NCBI RefSeq assembly: GCF_035285525.1
Contig: NZ_JAYKGW010000098.1
Coordinates: forward strand, 353 to 32,352
DNA length: 32,000 bases
From: Okeania sp.
GTDB taxonomy: Bacteria; Cyanobacteriota; Cyanobacteriia; Cyanobacteriales; Microcoleaceae
Direction: 5' to 3'
A program made the position numbers and the translations under genes. The notes under the pieces are model-generated. The model made no database searches and had not been told where the DNA came from. It saw only the letters and a program-made list of their open reading frames with translations. Shown in pieces: positions 18,133-27,607 of the stretch; the first letter of the stretch is position 1; every line of letters starts with the position of its first letter.

Positions 18133-19345
18133 ATGAGAATAGCCTACCAATATAAACTACGTCCAACAAAAGAACAAGCAGAAAAAATAGATAGAATTTT
18201 AGATATGTTGCGTTGTCAATATAATTATATGTTGGCTGAAAGGTTTAATTGGTGGGAGCAAAATCGTTGTCCAATTAATGCTTGTCCTTTAATATGCCAT
18301 CTTCCCGAATTAAAAGACCAGCCAACAAGATTTAGTCAGCAAAAGTCATTAACTCAATTAAAAGTAGACAGACCTTGGTACAAAGAGATTCATTCTCAAG
18401 TTTTGCAAGAAGTGCCAAAACGGGTTGAATTAGCTTTTAAAAGATGGCTGAAAGGTGACATCAAAGGTAAACGCTCAGGCAAGCCTAGATTCAAAGGCAA
18501 AGGTCAGTACAAGACATTCACTTATGCTCAATTTCAGCAGCATCATTTTATCAACAATAGAGTTAAATTATCTAAAATTGGTGATGTAAAAGTAATTGTA
18601 CATAGACCTATTCCAGATGGTTTTAGCATCAAAACAGCATCAATTACCCAAAAATCTAATGGCTCCGCAAGTCACATTTAGTTTAGAAGATAAGTCTGTA
18701 CCCGAAATTAAACCAGATATTAAACGAGGTAATATTGTAGGTATAGATGTAGGGTTAATAGACTTCTACGTTACTTCGGATAATGAGTCCGTACCAGCTC
18801 CTAAATATTTGAGAAAGTCTGAACGAAAACTCAAGTCAGCACAAAGAAAAGCATCTAGAAGAAAGAAAGGCTCTAAACGTAGACAAAAAGCTATTAAACA
18901 ACTAGCCAAAAAGCATAGAAAAGTAGCTGATACTAGAAAAGATTTTCACTTTAAAACTGCTAATAATTTGTTGAAAAAATATGACATTACAGCAGTAGAA
19001 GATTTGAATATTAAAGGTATGGCTAAGTCTAAGTTAGCTAAGTCTGTACATGATGCAGGTTGGGGTCAATTTAATACTATATTAGCTAACAAAGCCGAAA
19101 AAGCTGGTCAGTTAATTGTAGAAGTCAAACCTCATGGAACATCTGTTGAATGTAGTAGATGTGGTCATAAAGTCAAGAAAACTTTGGCTCAGAGACAGCA
19201 TAATTGTCCTAATTGTGGATTATCAATTGGACGTGATTATAATGCTGCAATTAATATCAGAGATCGATCCAAAGTATTGATGAAAGACTTGCTGCCACCA
19301 ATCAAATTTGAAGCTTATCAAGGTACTCAATTGAGCCTGTTCTAA
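18133..19345 (+). pseudogene. tnpB: TnpB (IS200/IS605 OrfB, RNA-guided nuclease family) with a single frameshift near 18655-18680
   Basis: Starts [15 protein letters not shown]... After ..ASITQKSNG the frame ends and ..QVTFSLED continues in another frame. RuvC motifs GIDVG, AVEDL and RDYNAAINI are present. Zn finger is CSRCG..CPNCG. Confidence 0.85.
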
Positions 19346-19452
19346 ATCAATTGGAGAGGAAGGGCATTCCTTGCTAGCTCAGTTTATGTCTACATAGTAG
19401 AGTCGCTGAGAAGCCCGCACTGTAGCTTGTCTCAGTGTCGGGAGTATGTCAC
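19230..19452 (+). ncRNA. Predicted omega/right-end guide RNA scaffold of the tnpB element
   Basis: Positional inference only: TnpB guide RNAs overlap the gene's 3' end and stop at the right-end boundary. The structured right-end hairpin is at 19414-19443. Confidence 0.3.
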
Positions 19453-19847
19453 GCATAATAAATCGGGTTTATTACTTTAATTAGAATTTGCTAAAAAAGT
19501 CTTGTTGTCAAGGTAGGGAGTCGGGAGTCGGGAGTAAAGTCACCCCCAACCCCTCCGGTGGAGTGGAAGTTAAGAGGAATCAGGAGTTTTAGAGGATGTA
19601 CTTGTAAAAATTCTCTCTTGCCAACTCTGCCCAAGTCTTACCCAGATACTCACTTTTTCACTCTTATATATAAGGGAAAATCTGGTACTTTATCGCTATC
19701 TAAAAAGCCTAAAACATTAAAGTATTGATATATAAAAAAATTAGGCTTTTAAGGTTGGGAAAAAGTACAAGCTTTTTGCTCTTCATATTATTTCCTTTGG
19801 TGTCGTTTGTGTAAAAATTGGAGAAATATCTACCTTTTTTAAGGTTT

Positions 19848-19900
19848 TTTCTTCTCTTAAAGCTTCTTCCTTCTTCCTTCTTCCTTCTTCCTTTTTCCTT
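19848..19900. repeat. Heptamer run (CTTCCTT)n
   Basis: cttcttccttcttccttcttccttcttcctttttcctt. Confidence 0.85.
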
Positions 19901-20155
19901 ACCTTCTCTATACAAAACCGATGCTACCGGACATGATATCAATTGGCAAAAAAGCTAGGATTTTGGTTTACTTTGGCAGAAAAACTAAGGGATAATTCTT
20001 CCTCCTGTCTTCTGTAAATTTTCTACTTCTCCTGGATTGCAAGATTGCTGACTTTTGACTCTTTTCTGACAAAAAGACTTTTTCAGCAAACCCTAATTAT
20101 TTATTGTTTTTCAAATCAGAAAATATAGAGTATAAATCTGACTTTTAGATAATAT

Positions 20156-20233
20156 CAGGACTTACGCAACTGCAAGGTATTTTCGTCCGATACGACCGTC
20201 GGGAAGCAATCTCAAACTCCTGTTTTTCGTACT
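20156..20233. mobile_element. Truncated CAGGACTTAC-family element
   Basis: caggacttacgcaactgcaaggtattttcgtccgatacgac.. matches 16244-16335 but lacks the right end. It abuts the MITE at 20231-20355. Confidence 0.65.
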
Positions 20234-20355
20234 GGACTGTTTCAGCTAAAATGGTGCATTAGGGAGTAGAGGAGAAAAAATTTTTGCCCTTGTTTCGTAC
20301 CTCAATCCAACCTATAGCTATTGCATCATTTAAGGTGAAACAATGCACTACTGGA
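20231..20355. mobile_element. Inverted copy of the 14590-14714 MITE
   Basis: The reverse complement aligns with 14590-14714 over both termini. Confidence 0.7.
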
Positions 20356-20588
20356 CCGACACTTTAAATTCACCATCAGAAAAGAGCGAAGATTCCTAGT
20401 TTGTAGAGGGTACGGTTCCCGAAAAATTGGAGACCAAACCCCTACGGTCTTAAATTATACCAAGACTACCGGATTTGATATAATTTTAGTATAATAAAAT
20501 ATTTCTAGTGCAGGCTGGAAAGCCCGCTTAGGTATACCTTACGTTTGGTGAAATATACTATAATTCCTATGTCGAATAAATAACAAAT

Positions 20589-21965
20589 ATGCAAATTCCA
20601 ACTAATCATATTTATTTAGCTACAATACTTCTTAAACGACGACAAAATTTAGCAAAATTAATTAATTTTCCCGTCATCCTTTGGTCAGGTAGTCGTAGTT
20701 CCCGTAATTTTCCTGCCAATACTTTCCCTTTCCGTTGTAGCAGTCATTTTCTTTATTTCGCTGGTCTACCTATTGAAAATGCTGCTATCTGTTTAGAAGG
20801 AGAAAAATTAACACTATTTATGGATAATCCACCGCCAAGTAATCTACTTTGGCATGGAGAAATACCAACAGGCGATCGCCTCGCAGAAATTATTGGTGCT
20901 GATGCTGCTTTTCCGATGTCAGAATTAAAATTTTATGCCACAAATGCAGCAACTATTTCTGTACAAAATCCTATTACTAAAATTACACAATCTGAAGTTT
21001 TGAATCGCGATATTTTTCCTGCTAATAAAGCTGAAGAAATTGATTTAGAATTAACTAAAGCAATTATATTTTTAAGACTTAGTCATGATGATGCAGCTTT
21101 AACAGAAATTAAACAAGCAGTAGCAGTAACAATGGAAGCTCATAAAGCAGGAATGGCAGCTACAACAAATGCTAAATTTGAAGCAAATATCCGGGCGGCA
21201 ATGGAGAATATTATTATTTCTGATAATATGACTTGTGCTTACCCCAGTATTGTGACTGTACATGGGGAAGTTTTGCACAATGAAGAATATTTTCATCCTG
21301 TACAAAAAGGGGATTTACTATTAGCAGATGTGGGAGCCGAAACAAGTTTAGGTTGGGCAAGTGATGTGACTCGAACTTGGCCGGTTTCCGGGAAGTTTTC
21401 TTCTACACAAAAAGATATTTATGATGTGGTTTTGGCTGCCCATGATCATTGTATTTCTCAAATTAAACCAGGTGTAGAATATTTAGATATTCATTTATTA
21501 GCAGCTAAAGTTATTGCGGAAGGATTAGTCGATTTAGGAATATTAAAAGGAAAAGTAGAAGATTTAGTAGAAATGGATGCTCATGCCTTATTTTTTCCTC
21601 ATGGAATTGGTCATTTATTAGGTTTAGATGTTCACGATATGGAAGATTTAGGAGATTTAGCTGGATATGAAATAGGTAGGGAACGTAGTAATCGTTTTGG
21701 TTTAGGTTTTTTGCGATTAAATCGACCTTTAATTCCAGGAATGTTGGTAACAATAGAACCTGGTTTTTATCAAGTTCCAGCAATTTTAAATAATCAAGAA
21801 ATGCGGGGAAAATATCAGAATATTGTGAATTGGGAAAAGCTAGAAAAATTTTCTGATGTTCGAGGTATTAGGATTGAAGATGATGTTTTAGTTACTACAA
21901 ATGGTGCTGAAGTTTTGACTCAAGAATTACCAACTAATACGGATGGAATTGAAAATTTAATGTAA
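20589..21965 (+). CDS. M24-family Xaa-Pro aminopeptidase/dipeptidase
   Basis: An AMP_N-like N-terminal domain, then DVG..SDVTRTWP, HGIGHLLGLDVHD, TIEPG and IRIEDD metal-ligand motifs. Confidence 0.9.
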   Translation: MQIPTNHIYLATILLKRRQNLAKLINFPVILWSGSRSSRNFPANTFPFRCSSHFLYFAGLPIENAAICLEGEKLTLFMDNPPPSNLLWHGEIPTGDRLAEIIGADAAFPMSELKFYATNAATISVQNPITKITQSEVLNRDIFPANKAEEIDLELTKAIIFLRLSHDDAALTEIKQAVAVTMEAHKAGMAATTNAKFEANIRAAMENIIISDNMTCAYPSIVTVHGEVLHNEEYFHPVQKGDLLLADVGAETSLGWASDVTRTWPVSGKFSSTQKDIYDVVLAAHDHCISQIKPGVEYLDIHLLAAKVIAEGLVDLGILKGKVEDLVEMDAHALFFPHGIGHLLGLDVHDMEDLGDLAGYEIGRERSNRFGLGFLRLNRPLIPGMLVTIEPGFYQVPAILNNQEMRGKYQNIVNWEKLEKFSDVRGIRIEDDVLVTTNGAEVLTQELPTNTDGIENLM

Positions 21966-22053
21966 GTATTTAATAGTGATTTCAATTATCAATATATTCG
22001 TATTTATCCGGAGGTATGAAATCTGAAATAATAGCTAATAGTTGAATGCTTGC
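21962..22053. mobile_element. Decayed GTAAG-TIR family element overlapping the peptidase stop codon
   Basis: Left end gtaagtatt matches 26064-26072. Right end ..gctaatagttgaatgcttgc compares with the family's gctaatagctgaatgcttac. No flanking duplication. Confidence 0.35.
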
Positions 22054-22065
22054 TACCCAGGAGTA

Positions 22066-22097
22066 ACCCAGTTTCTACGAGAAACCGGGTTTCTTTT
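22066..22097 (+). terminator. Candidate intrinsic terminator
   Basis: The stem acccagtttc/gaaaccgggt is followed by ttcttttc. Confidence 0.45.
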
Positions 22098-22385
22098 CGT
22101 ATCAGCATAAAGTAGTTATTTAATCGATAGTTTATCAGCTATTATATAAAGGTAAGTACCTTTTTATATCTGGAAAAAGTAACTGGTTTTAAGTTGCTGA
22201 ATGCACGGTTCCCAAAAAATCAAAAAGTTACCATTTTCGGCAAGAGTATAGTTAAGTGGTTATTTAATTTTTGTTGCTAACGATTAAATATTAGATTTTC
22301 CCACACTTTTTTATTATAAAATTTTGCCATAACCTATTTAGGATTGGTATAATATCATAACAAAAAAAAATGGCTATTATTTAGG

Positions 22386-25300
22386 GTGGCTTCCATGAAA
22401 AAAAAATCCCTCTGGCAATTAAATAAGAAGACAAACATTTGGGGTAAAATACCTTTAATGAGTGTCTTAATTATTCCTTTCCTCTTAAAAATATTAATTA
22501 TAGTTGGATTAATAGGATGGTTATCTTTTCGCAATGGACAGAGAGCTATTAATAATCTAGCTACTAAATTGCGTCAACAAGTTGTTGCTCATATTGTTGA
22601 ACAAATAGATAACTATTTACAAATTCCTCATCAGATTAATAAATTAAGTGCTTATGCTGTTAAAGAAGATAATCTCACTATATTCCCAGTTCAAGGTCAA
22701 GGTCTTTTTTGGCAACAAATGAATTTGTTTCAGTCAATTCAATGGATTTATTGCGGTAGTCCTGAAAAAGGTGAGTTTATGGGAGTAACAAGACTAGGAA
22801 AAAATGATGGTTTGTGGTTGACTTTTAGTAATGAATCAACTGACTTCTTTAGTTATGAATCTCCTCTAGATAGCCAAGGTAATATTATTGATTCAGTTAC
22901 AAAAAGATCTAAAATATCTCAAAAATTTGATGCGAGAAATCGTCCCTGGTATCAAGCAGGTGTGAAGGCAGGTAAACCTACATGGAGTAGAATTTACAAA
23001 GGTTTTAGCACTGAAGAACCTATAATTTCTGCTGTTTTACCAGTATACGATTCGCAAAATAATCTCAAAGCAGTTTGTGGTGTCGATATTTACTTTTCTC
23101 AAGAACTCAATAAAGTTCTCACAACCATAGAAATTGGCAGGACTGGAGAAGCTTTTATTTTAGATACAAAAGGTGTTCTTATAGCAAGTTCTATAAGAAA
23201 ATTAAAATCAGAAGAAAAAGATGAATTAGGAATTGAAAAAGCAATAAATAGTAATAATAAACTAATAAAATCAGCAACACAACATTTGACAGAGCAATAC
23301 CAAAATCTCACTGAAATTGACACGAAAAAACAACTTGATTTTATTCTGAATGGTGAGCGAATATTTATGGAAGTTTCACCTTATGAGGATGAATATGGTT
23401 TGGATTGGTTAACAGTAGTAGTTATCCCAGAAAATGAGTTTATGGCACAAATAAAAGCTAATACTCGCTCAACTATTCAATTATGTATTTTAGCTTTAGC
23501 AACAGCTTTAGTTTTAGGATTATTAACAGTGAAATGGATAACTAAACCAATCATAAAATTATCAACAGCAGCTCGCGCAATTTCTCATGGAGAACTAAAT
23601 CAAAATGTACCAATTCAAGGAGTGAAAGAATTAGTTATTTTAGCTGAATCTTTTAATCACATGACACAACAATTAGAAGAATCATTTAATGATTTAGAAA
23701 CCAAAAATCAGGAGTTGCAACACCTAGATGAACTTAAAGATGAATTTTTAGCAAATACATCCCATGAACTGCGTACACCTCTGAATGGCATGATCGGGAT
23801 CGCAGAGTCTATGATAGATGGTGCTACTGGTGCTATTTCCGAATTGCAAAAAAATAATCTCTCGATGATTGTTGGTAGTGGATATCGTCTAGCAAATTTG
23901 GTCAATGATATTCTTGATTTTTCTAAACTACGACACCACAATATTGAACTACAAATAGGTTCGGTAGGTATGCGAGAAGTTACGGAAGTAGTTCTCACCT
24001 TTTCTCGGATGATGTTGCTGGGGAAAGATTTACAACTTGTTAATGCTATTCCTTCAGACTTTCCTGCTGCTGCTGCTGATGAAAATCGTGTTCAGCAAAT
24101 TCTCCATAACTTGGTGGGAAATGCTATCAAATTTACAGAATGTGGTGTAGTCAAAGTCTCAGGAGAATTAATTGATGTTAATAACAACCAACAAATGGCA
24201 ATTACTGTCTCGGACAATGGTATTGGTATTCCGGAAGATAAACAGGAGGCAATTTTTGCTTCTTTTGAACAAGGAGATGGGTCTACAGAGCGTCGATATG
24301 GTGGTACAGGTTTGGGTTTGCCTATCACCAAAAAATTAGTTGAATTACATGGTGGTAATATTTGGGTAAAATCGACTCCTGGTATTGGTTCGGAGTTTAC
24401 TTTTACTCTAAATATTTCAGACAAACCTGCACACACCACCTCTGCTGAATCTTCTGTGAAAAGACAAATTTCTGTGTTCAATACTGATTATTTAGCCAAA
24501 TCAATTCTTGATGAAACTAATTCTCTCTCACAAAAATATACTCCTATTTCTACTGTTTCTTTAAGTAATCAAGAAGAATTTAAAATTATGATTGTTGATG
24601 ATGAACCAGTAAATTTAATGGTATTATCTAATCAACTTTCTTTGTATAATTATCAAGTTATTCAGGCTAATAATGGTCAGGAAGCTTTGGATATACTTGA
24701 GCAAAGTTTTCTACCGGATTTAATTTTATTAGATGTAATGATGCCTGGTATGACTGGTTATGAAGTAACCCAAAAAGTTAGGCAAATTTGGCCGCTCCAT
24801 CAACTACCAATTATGATGTTAACTGCTAAAAATAGAGTTTCAGATTTAGTTATAGGATTAGAAGCAGGTGCTAATGATTATTTATCTAAACCATTCCATA
24901 AAGAAGAATTATTAGCTCGAATTAAGACACATATTAATATTAAAAAACTCCGCACCGAAAAGGCACATATTCGTCAAGCTTTTGGTCGCTATCTTACAGA
25001 TGAAGTTGTTTCTAATCTCCTGGAAACTCCAGAAGGTTTAAAACTAGGAGGTGAACGAAAAAAAGTTACTATTCTTACTTCCGATATCCGAGGTTTTACT
25101 GGCATTTCTGAAAGATTCGCACCAGAAGAAGTTGTGAATGTTCTTAATTTTTATCTTTCTTCTATGGCAGATGTGATTATGTCTTTTCAAGGTACTATAG
25201 ATGAGTTTATGGGTGATGGAATTTTAGTTTTATTTGGGGCACCAAATCCGAGAAAAGATGATGCGAAAAGAGCTGTTGCTTGTGGGGTAGCGATGCAGCA

Positions 25301-26021
25301 AAAAATGCTCTCTGTAAATAAACAAATGGAAGCTTGGGGTTTAGTTCCTTTAGAGATGGGAATTGGTATTAATACTGGAGAAGTTGTGGTGGGAAATATT
25401 GGTTCTGAGAAACGAACCAAATATGCTGTGGTGGGAAACCAAGTCAATTTAACTTATCGGATTGAGTCTTATTCTACTGGCGGTGAAATACTTATTTCTG
25501 AAACTACACTGCAAGAGGTAGGAGAGTCAATTTTAAGAATTGATGGACAAAAATTAGTACAGCCAAAAGGTGTGAAACAACCTATTAATATTTATAATAT
25601 TAGTGGGATTTCTGGAGAATATAATATCTTTTTAGAAAAGGAAGAAGAGGTATTTTTAGACTTAACTGAAGAAATATCTACCCAATATACAATTTTGGAA
25701 GGGAAGCACGTTGGGGAAAACTTATTTTCTGGTAAGTTAGTTCAACTTTCTGCCCATGGAGCGTTGGTAAAGTCTGATTCATCAGAAGCAAATTCTATAC
25801 CTTCTGTATTGAGTAATATTAAAATTAATTTATACCCCTCTACTAACTCAGAATTAGTAGGAGAAGATATTTATGCTAAGGTTTTGGATAAACCTGTAGA
25901 GTCTGGATATTTTTATGTTTTATTTACTTCTAAACCACCAGAAGTCAAGGAGTTACTTGATGCTAAATATAGTAAATTGATTCCTTTTGATCAAAAGAAA
26001 AAGATGAAAGTGAGAAGGTAA
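22386..26021 (+). CDS. Multidomain sensor: TM-dCache-TM-HAMP-histidine kinase-receiver-class III nucleotide cyclase-unknown C-terminal domain
   Basis: GTG at 22386, or ATG at 22395. H-box is NTSHELRTPLN. HATPase motifs are NLVGNAIKFT, DNGIGI and GTGLGLPITKKLV. Receiver motifs are IVDDEPVN..LLDVMMPGMTGYE..SKP. Cyclase motifs are TSDIRGFT, FMGDGILVLFGAP and VGNQVNLTYRIES. Confidence 0.9.
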   Translation: MASMKKKSLWQLNKKTNIWGKIPLMSVLIIPFLLKILIIVGLIGWLSFRNGQRAINNLATKLRQQVVAHIVEQIDNYLQIPHQINKLSAYAVKEDNLTIFPVQGQGLFWQQMNLFQSIQWIYCGSPEKGEFMGVTRLGKNDGLWLTFSNESTDFFSYESPLDSQGNIIDSVTKRSKISQKFDARNRPWYQAGVKAGKPTWSRIYKGFSTEEPIISAVLPVYDSQNNLKAVCGVDIYFSQELNKVLTTIEIGRTGEAFILDTKGVLIASSIRKLKSEEKDELGIEKAINSNNKLIKSATQHLTEQYQNLTEIDTKKQLDFILNGERIFMEVSPYEDEYGLDWLTVVVIPENEFMAQIKANTRSTIQLCILALATALVLGLLTVKWITKPIIKLSTAARAISHGELNQNVPIQGVKELVILAESFNHMTQQLEESFNDLETKNQELQHLDELKDEFLANTSHELRTPLNGMIGIAESMIDGATGAISELQKNNLSMIVGSGYRLANLVNDILDFSKLRHHNIELQIGSVGMREVTEVVLTFSRMMLLGKDLQLVNAIPSDFPAAAADENRVQQILHNLVGNAIKFTECGVVKVSGELIDVNNNQQMAITVSDNGIGIPEDKQEAIFASFEQGDGSTERRYGGTGLGLPITKKLVELHGGNIWVKSTPGIGSEFTFTLNISDKPAHTTSAESSVKRQISVFNTDYLAKSILDETNSLSQKYTPISTVSLSNQEEFKIMIVDDEPVNLMVLSNQLSLYNYQVIQANNGQEALDILEQSFLPDLILLDVMMPGMTGYEVTQKVRQIWPLHQLPIMMLTAKNRVSDLVIGLEAGANDYLSKPFHKEELLARIKTHINIKKLRTEKAHIRQAFGRYLTDEVVSNLLETPEGLKLGGERKKVTILTSDIRGFTGISERFAPEEVVNVLNFYLSSMADVIMSFQGTIDEFMGDGILVLFGAPNPRKDDAKRAVACGVAMQQKMLSVNKQMEAWGLVPLEMGIGINTGEVVVGNIGSEKRTKYAVVGNQVNLTYRIESYSTGGEILISETTLQEVGESILRIDGQKLVQPKGVKQPINIYNISGISGEYNIFLEKEEEVFLDLTEEISTQYTILEGKHVGENLFSGKLVQLSAHGALVKSDSSEANSIPSVLSNIKINLYPSTNSELVGEDIYAKVLDKPVESGYFYVLFTSKPPEVKELLDAKYSKLIPFDQKKKMKVRR

Positions 26022-26234
26022 GCATTTAGCAGTCAGCCATCAGCCGTCAGCTAGTCTCCTATTGTAAGTATTCAGCAGTCAGCATTTAGCGGTCAGAAGA
26101 GTGCTTTTAGTTTTAGATAAAAGCTTTATGATTCTGAAATTTTATCTGACTACAAAATTCAGTTTTCAAATCTATATTCGTTTAAATCTCCTCCTTAAGG
26201 TTGAGGTTTTTATTGCTAATAGCTGAATGCTTAC
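26018..26234. mobile_element. GTAAGCATT-TIR / heptamer-arm element (possibly two nested left ends)
   Basis: Left end is gtaagcatttagcagtcagccatcagc. A second left end, gtaagtattcagcagtcagc, is at 26064. The revcomp of the right end is gtaagcattcagctattagc. No flanking duplication. Confidence 0.6.
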
Positions 26235-26280
26235 ATTTAATGTTTAAAGATCATCCCTTATTACAAGACTTACTAAATAC

Positions 26281-27234
26281 CTATAAACATTTATTTAATC
26301 CATCCTGAATTTGCTGATTATCTAAATGACGCCCAATAAATACTAACTGATTTTTGTTGGGTTTTAAACAAGTTTCATCTGCTTCTAATGTATGACGATT
26401 GCCACTCATTTGAAAGATATGTGGATGCTCAATATCATCTAGCCAAAGAATACCTTTTGCCCGAAATAAATCACCCGAAATATGTTCAAGAAAATTTTCA
26501 AATTTAAATACATCCATAGGGCGATCGCTCTCAAAAGATACAGCCATAAATCCATCATTTTCTAAATGCCCAGACTGATATTTTTGAGACAGAATATATT
26601 CTGCCACAGGTGTCAATCCTACATCTAAAATTAAAGGTAATGCTACTTGACTATATTCAGTATATAATATCTTTGCTTCCTGTTTTATCAATTTAATATT
26701 TGACTCTACTTCCTGTAGTCTTTCTCCAGAAACTAAGTCAGTTTTATTCAGCAAAATAATATCGGCAAAAGCAATCTGTTTTAAAACAGCTTCACTGTCA
26801 AAATGATTAGGAGAAAAAGTTTCAGCATCTACTACAGTTAGAATCGAATCTATCCTAGTCAATTCTCTTAACTTTGTTGCTAAAAATGTCAAAAGAATGG
26901 GAAAAGGGTCGGCTATTCCTGTCGTTTCTATAACTAAATAATCAATTTTTTTATCTGTAGCTAATACTCGCTCAACTGCTGCTACCAAACCATGATTTAA
27001 ACTACAACAAATACAACCATTATTGAGTTGAACCATATCCTCTTCAATAGATACTAAAAGTTGACTGTCTATATCAATATCTCCAAATTCATTGATTAAA
27101 ACAGCCACTCTTAAATCTTGTTTATTTTTAAGAATATGATTGAGTAATGTTGTTTTGCCACTACCAAGAAAACCAGTAATAATACTAACAGGTATTCTCT
27201 GTTTAAGAAAGTCAGTTATTTCTTGTTTAGTCAT
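26281..27234 (-). CDS. COG0523-family G3E GTPase (CobW/YeiR/ZigA-like metallochaperone)
   Basis: P-loop GFLGSGKTT, CxCC metal motif GCICCS, ETTG, NKTD, and a CobW C-terminal-like domain. Confidence 0.9.
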   Translation of the reverse strand: MTKQEITDFLKQRIPVSIITGFLGSGKTTLLNHILKNKQDLRVAVLINEFGDIDIDSQLLVSIEEDMVQLNNGCICCSLNHGLVAAVERVLATDKKIDYLVIETTGIADPFPILLTFLATKLRELTRIDSILTVVDAETFSPNHFDSEAVLKQIAFADIILLNKTDLVSGERLQEVESNIKLIKQEAKILYTEYSQVALPLILDVGLTPVAEYILSQKYQSGHLENDGFMAVSFESDRPMDVFKFENFLEHISGDLFRAKGILWLDDIEHPHIFQMSGNRHTLEADETCLKPNKNQLVFIGRHLDNQQIQDGLNKCL

Positions 27235-27346
27235 TGAAATTTATCCCTATTTCAAAATGTAAGCATTTAGCCGTTAGCTGTCAGCAATCAGCTATTATTT
27301 TTTGTGTGTGTTCAAAGCTTTATTACAGCGATAGAAATCGGTAAAC

Positions 27347-27433
27347 CTTGTAAGGACGTTTTGCTGCGCAACATGTTTGCGGAGCATTCCGGAACGGAAA
27401 ACGCATTTTTGCAACTTATAACGTCCCTACAAG
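27347..27433. repeat. Hairpin repeat with cttgtaaggacgtt / aacgtccctacaag arms
   Basis: Inverted 14-nt arms. The interior shares catgtttgcggagcatt with neighbouring MITEs. Confidence 0.55.
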
Positions 27434-27602
27434 CACCAACGCTATTAGTAGGGTGTGTTTTCCGCGCTTGAGCGGACATGTTTGCGGAGCATGACCTCAG
27501 GAAAAAACGCTAGCGTAACGCACCATGACCATATATGTAGAGTAAAAAAACTATTGCACAATAGTTTTAAGCACTATATCTAGGTTCACTGCGTAAGTCC
27601 TG
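27434..27602. mobile_element. CAGGACTTAC-family MITE (left end truncated)
   Basis: gctattagtagggtgtgttttccgcgcttgagcggacatg...aaactattgcacaatagtttt...cactgcgtaagtcctg. Confidence 0.7.
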
Positions 27603-27607
27603 TTAAT

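Larger units (their letters stand above)
17850..19452 (+). mobile_element. IS200/IS605-family (tnpB-only, IS1341-like) element with a small RHH passenger gene
   Basis: The end hairpins share one architecture. The left end at 17858-17887 is tcccgcacc..ggtgtcggga followed by tgaatg. The right end at 19414-19443 is cccgcactg..cagtgtcggga followed by gtatgtc. Both stems have the same bulged A. Interior is the RHH ORF plus tnpB. Confidence 0.7.

Noticed and set aside
16713-19940. Inverted atatcatgtccggNagNatcggt motifs (16713-16740 and 19908-19940) bracketing the reductase gene and the tnpB element, as a possible composite element
   Set aside because: No flanking duplication is present. The motif belongs to yet another dispersed repeat with heptamer tails, so pairing is likely coincidental given repeat density.
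19709-19942. 77-aa minus-strand ORF
   Set aside because: It is driven by the CTTCCTT heptamer run (KEKGRRKKEEGR..) and lies in repeat DNA.
23099-25447. Several 74-129-aa minus-strand ORFs inside the sensor gene. Similar antisense ORFs lie inside the HDAC, ABC, AKR, M24 and hemB genes.
   Set aside because: All are antisense to long ORFs with clear domain motifs, and none has a recognisable motif.
25638-26018. Calling the sensor C-terminus a PilZ domain
   Set aside because: Only a weak ..LSAHGALV.. resemblance exists. The RxxxR c-di-GMP motif is absent. It is kept only as a hypothesis within a finding.
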